A stretch of DNA of 64,000 bases from Heptranchias perlo (lineage: Eukaryota), in contig NC_090340.1 in assembly GCF_035084215.1 (NCBI RefSeq), forward strand, positions 14,508,001 to 14,572,000, in the 5' to 3' direction. The position numbers were made by a program, and so were the translations under genes. Shown here in pieces: positions 60,164 through 64,000 of the stretch. Each line of letters begins with the position of its first letter. Positions within the stretch are counted from its first letter, which is position 1. The notes below the pieces were generated by a model, which worked only from the letters and a program-made list of their open reading frames with translations, made no database searches and was not told the DNA's origin.

Positions 60164-60519
60164 GTCATGATGTGGAGATGCCGGTGATGGACTGGGGTTG
60201 ACAATTGTAAACAATTTTACAACACCAAGTTATAGTCCAGCAATTTTATTTTAAATTCACAAGCTTTCGGAGATTTTCTCCTTCCTCAGGCAAATGTTTC
60301 AAGATCTCCTTGAAGCCTACGCATTTATACATATTGAACAATACATGGTGTTTACAGACTGCAGTCTGTAAACACCATGTATTGTTCAATATGTATAAAT
60401 GCGTAGGCTTCAAGGAGATCTTGAAACATTTGCCTGAGGAAGGAGAAAATCTCCGAAAGCTTGTGAATTTAAAATAAAATTGCTGGACTATAACTTGGTG
60501 TTGTAAAATTGTTTACAAT
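60164..60519 (-). mobile_element. Penelope-like fold-back insertion D (perfect 324-bp palindrome) with hammerhead motifs on both strands
   Basis: 60200-60523 is exactly self-complementary about 60361/60362; TSD tgtccaaatgta at 60152-60163 and 60520-60531; tttgc CTGAGGA a ggag-aaaat-ctcc GAAA gctt gtgaa at 60429-60467. Confidence 0.88.
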
Positions 60520-60754
60520 TGTCCAAATGTAAGGAGGACAAAAAGTTTAAAGTTATGGATGGAGCAACTGTGTGAGGGAATATTGTTGAGAATTACAATG
60601 AGTTTTATAAAGGCATGGACTGTTTAGGGACTAAAGGAAATGAAGCAAGTGCTTTAAAACCTGCATTGAACTTATGACTAATATTTGGCAAAGACTTAAA
60701 TTATATAATCAGCGGGGAAAAGGTAGATGAATCAATATATTTTTAAAAAGCAAA

Positions 60755-61512
60755 TCATAGAATGCTAGAATGGTTACGGCATAGAAGGAGGCCATTCGGC
60801 CCATTGATCCTACTAGTCCCACTCCCCCGTCCTTTCCCTGTAGCCCTGCAAATTTTTCTCCTTCAGGTACCTATCTAATTCCTTTTTGAAAGCTACAATT
60901 GACCCTGCTTCCACCATCCTTTCAGGAGTGACTTCCAGATCCTAACCACTCGTTGCATAAAAAGGTTTTTCCTCATGTCACCTTTGGTTCTTTTGCCAAT
61001 CACCTGAAACCGATGTCCTCTGGTTCACAACCCTTCCACCAATGGGAATAGTTTTTCTTTATTTACTTTGTCTCCACTCTTCATGATTTTGAACACCTCT
61101 ATCAAATCTCCTCTCAACCTTCTCTGCTCTAAGGAGAACAACCCCATCTTTTCCAGTCTAACCACATAACTGAGGTCCCTCATCCCTGGAACCATTCTAG
61201 TAAATCTTTTCTGCACCCTCTCTAAGGCCTTTACATCCTTCTTAAACTATGGTGCCCAGAATTGGACAAAATACTCTAATTGTGGCCGAATCAGTGTTTT
61301 ATAAAGGTTCAACATAACATCCTCGCTTTTGTACTCTGGGCCTCTATTTATAAAGCCCAGGATCCTGTATGCTTTTTAACCACTTTCTCAACCTGCCCTG
61401 CCACCTTCAACGACCTGTGTACATATACCCCCAGGTCTCTCTGCATCTGCACCCCCTTTAGATTCGTACCCTTTAGTTTATACGGCCTCTCCTCGTTCTT
61501 CCTACCAAAATG
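60755..61512 (-). mobile_element. 5'-truncated CR1 LINE
   Basis: ORF 61025..61216 RGDLIEVFKIM; atcatagaatgctagaat tail. Confidence 0.88.
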
Positions 61513-62199
61513 TAAATACTGCAGATGCTGGAAATATGATATAAAAAAAGAAACTGCTGGAGGTCAGGCAGCATCTGTGGAGAAGAAAAAAAGAGTTAGC
61601 ATTACGTTTTTCTTCAGAACCGCCAACAAATTAAAGAGTTAGTGTTTATAACTAATATAAGGACAAAATAATAACTTAAGAATCAGTCGGGTGCTTTTCT
61701 GGGAAGCAATGGACTTTTCTAGATAGATGAGGTAGCAAGTAAATGGATGAGTCCTGGGTTATGATGCAAATAAGAGCATTCTATCTGGAACATAATGCAA
61801 AGAAATAAAAATTAATCCGATTGAGTTCATAAAGCGAATTATCAATCGTTATTATTATGTCCATTTATGTTAGTAAATTTGGCGCGCGCACGAGTGTGTG
61901 TATACTTGATTTTCCTTGTGTGTCCATACACGAACATAATCACAGGCAGTTACAACGCTTTCGGTTGTCTCCCATTCACCTCTTGTTATGACGTTCAACT
62001 ATTGCAATCATGCAGCCTATGAGAAGATAGTGCCTGGTATTACCACCTGTTGTGTTCCAGATGAAGCACACTTGTCTGCATCGGAACCCAGGATTCATCC
62101 AGAGTACTTCCTCAACTTCCCCCACAAACCAGAATATTGTCCAATTCATCACCCTTCATGTGCTTTTTAACCGTAATTACAATGGGAGTCCTGTCCTCT

Positions 62200-63715
62200 T
62201 GGAACAGGAGTGGGCCGTTCAGCCTCTCAAGCCAGTTCCATCCTTCATTTAGATCACGGTTGATTTGTACCTTAACTCCATTCACCCATCTTGGTTCTCT
62301 AAACATTAATACCCTTACCTAACAAAAATCTATCAATGTCAGTTTTGAAATTTTCAATTGACCCCCAGCCTCAACAGATTTTTGGGCTTGAGAGTTCCAG
62401 ATTTTCACGGCTCTTTGTGCGAAGAAGTGCTTCCTGGCTCCACCCCTGAACGGCCTAGCTCTAATTTTAAAGTTGTGTTCCCTTGTTCTAGACTCCCCAC
62501 TGGAGGATACAGTTTCACTCTATATACCCTATCAAATCCTTTAATCACCTTAAACATGACAATTAGATCACACCCTTAACCTTCTACACTTGAGGGAATA
62601 CAAGCCTAGTTTATGCAACCTGTCATTAGAATTTAACCCTTTTAGCCCAGGTATTATTCTGGTGAATCTACGCTGCACCCCCTCCAAGGCCAAAATATTC
62701 CACCTGAGGTGCAGGGCCCAAAACTGAACGCAGCATTCGATGTGGAGTCTAACCAGAGCTTTCAATAACTGTGATATAACTTCCACTCCTTTGTATTCTA
62801 CCCACCCTGAGATAAAGGCCAACATTCCATTAACATTTTAAATTATTTCCTGTACCTGTCCTTTAGCTTTTAGTGATTTCTGTACTTGGACCCCTAAATC
62901 TCTCTGCTCCTCCACAGTTCCTAGCTTCCCACCATCTAGATAATACTCCGATTTCTCTTTCTTAGGTCCAAAGTGGACGACCTCATACTTCCCCGCATTA
63001 AAATCCATCTGACACAGTTTTACCCACTCACTTTATCAATTTCCCATTGCAACTTTCTTCTCCCATCTATTATATTTACTGTGCCACCTAACTTGGTGTT
63101 GTCAGCAAACTTGGTGTTGTCAGCAAACATACGGCTGTCAATTTCTTCATCGAAATCATTTATAAATATAGTGAAAAGCTGAGGTCCCAAGTACAGATCC
63201 CTGGGGAACACCACTAGTCACATTCTGACAATTTGAATATATATCCATTATTGCTACTCTCTGTCTCCTACCTTGTAACCAATTCCCTATGCATATCCAT
63301 AGGTTCCCTCCAAATCCATGTGCTCTCATTGTTGTTAACAGTCTCTTATGTTGAACCTTGTCGAATGCCTTCTGGAAGTGCATATAAATAACATCCATAG
63401 ACACTCCCTCATCTACCACCTTAGTTACCTCCTCAAAAAATCAACTTGGTTCGTTAGACATGACGTAACCTTTTCAAATGCATGCTGGCTCTCTCTGATC
63501 AGTTCATATTTGTCCAAGTGCTCAGTCACTCTGACCCTAATAACAGATTCTAGTAACTTCCCCACAACGGACGTTAGACTATTAGGCCTATAATTGACTT
63601 GTTTATCTCTTCTACCCTTCTTAAATGATGGAATAACTTTGGCAATTTTCCAATCGAAGGGGACAATTCCTGAATCAAGAGAGTTTTGGAAGATCATCGA
63701 CAATTTCCTCACCTA
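62200..63715 (-). mobile_element. decayed CR1 LINE
   Basis: ORFs 63425, 63156, 63020 and 62568 carry RT motifs. Confidence 0.88.
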
Positions 63716-64000
63716 CTTTTGCCCAGTGTCCTGTCCCTGTGGTGGTTCGAGTAGGGCGTCAATGATGTCACAGCAGGAGAAGAACTACGCAAAATCTTCT
63801 CCATGATCGCCTCCATCCTACAGTTCGAAGGTATAAAACACTGTAATAAGGGATAACGTTAATTAACAGCATTCCTCTTAAAATAGTTATAATTATGAGG
63901 AAATTCTATGTAAAAATCCATCACTGATGCTAAATTCTGTTTACGTTTTAACTAACTGGCCAGAAATTACATTTCGGGATCCCGTATGATCAGCGGAACA

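Overview
Vertebrate genomic DNA, most likely from a cartilaginous fish, judged from the repeat families (inference). Most of the window is transposon-derived: many CR1 LINEs (one with intact ORF1 and ORF2 at 35107-39195), a Tx1-type LINE, L2 fragments, a DeuSINE-like SINE, Harbinger derivatives, MITEs and three minisatellites. One host gene is supported on the minus strand. It encodes an immunoglobulin-superfamily type I membrane protein with leader (31959-31905), germline-joined VJ-type V domain (31741-31427), C1 domain (29058-28747), TM (26478-26353) and a probable cytoplasmic exon (18096-18017), and it carries a decayed second V exon in an intron. Two mobile-element systems stand out. (1) A single-ORF APE-RT LINE family starts with a tRNA-like Pol III A/B-box head and has almost no TTTT runs on its ~3.2-kb sense strand, suggesting a Pol III-transcribed autonomous LINE. 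(2) Four short Penelope-like insertions, each with an 11-12 bp target-site duplication, carry minimal hammerhead ribozyme motifs; three are fold-backs, one a perfect 324-bp palindrome. Boundaries of decayed repeats are approximate.
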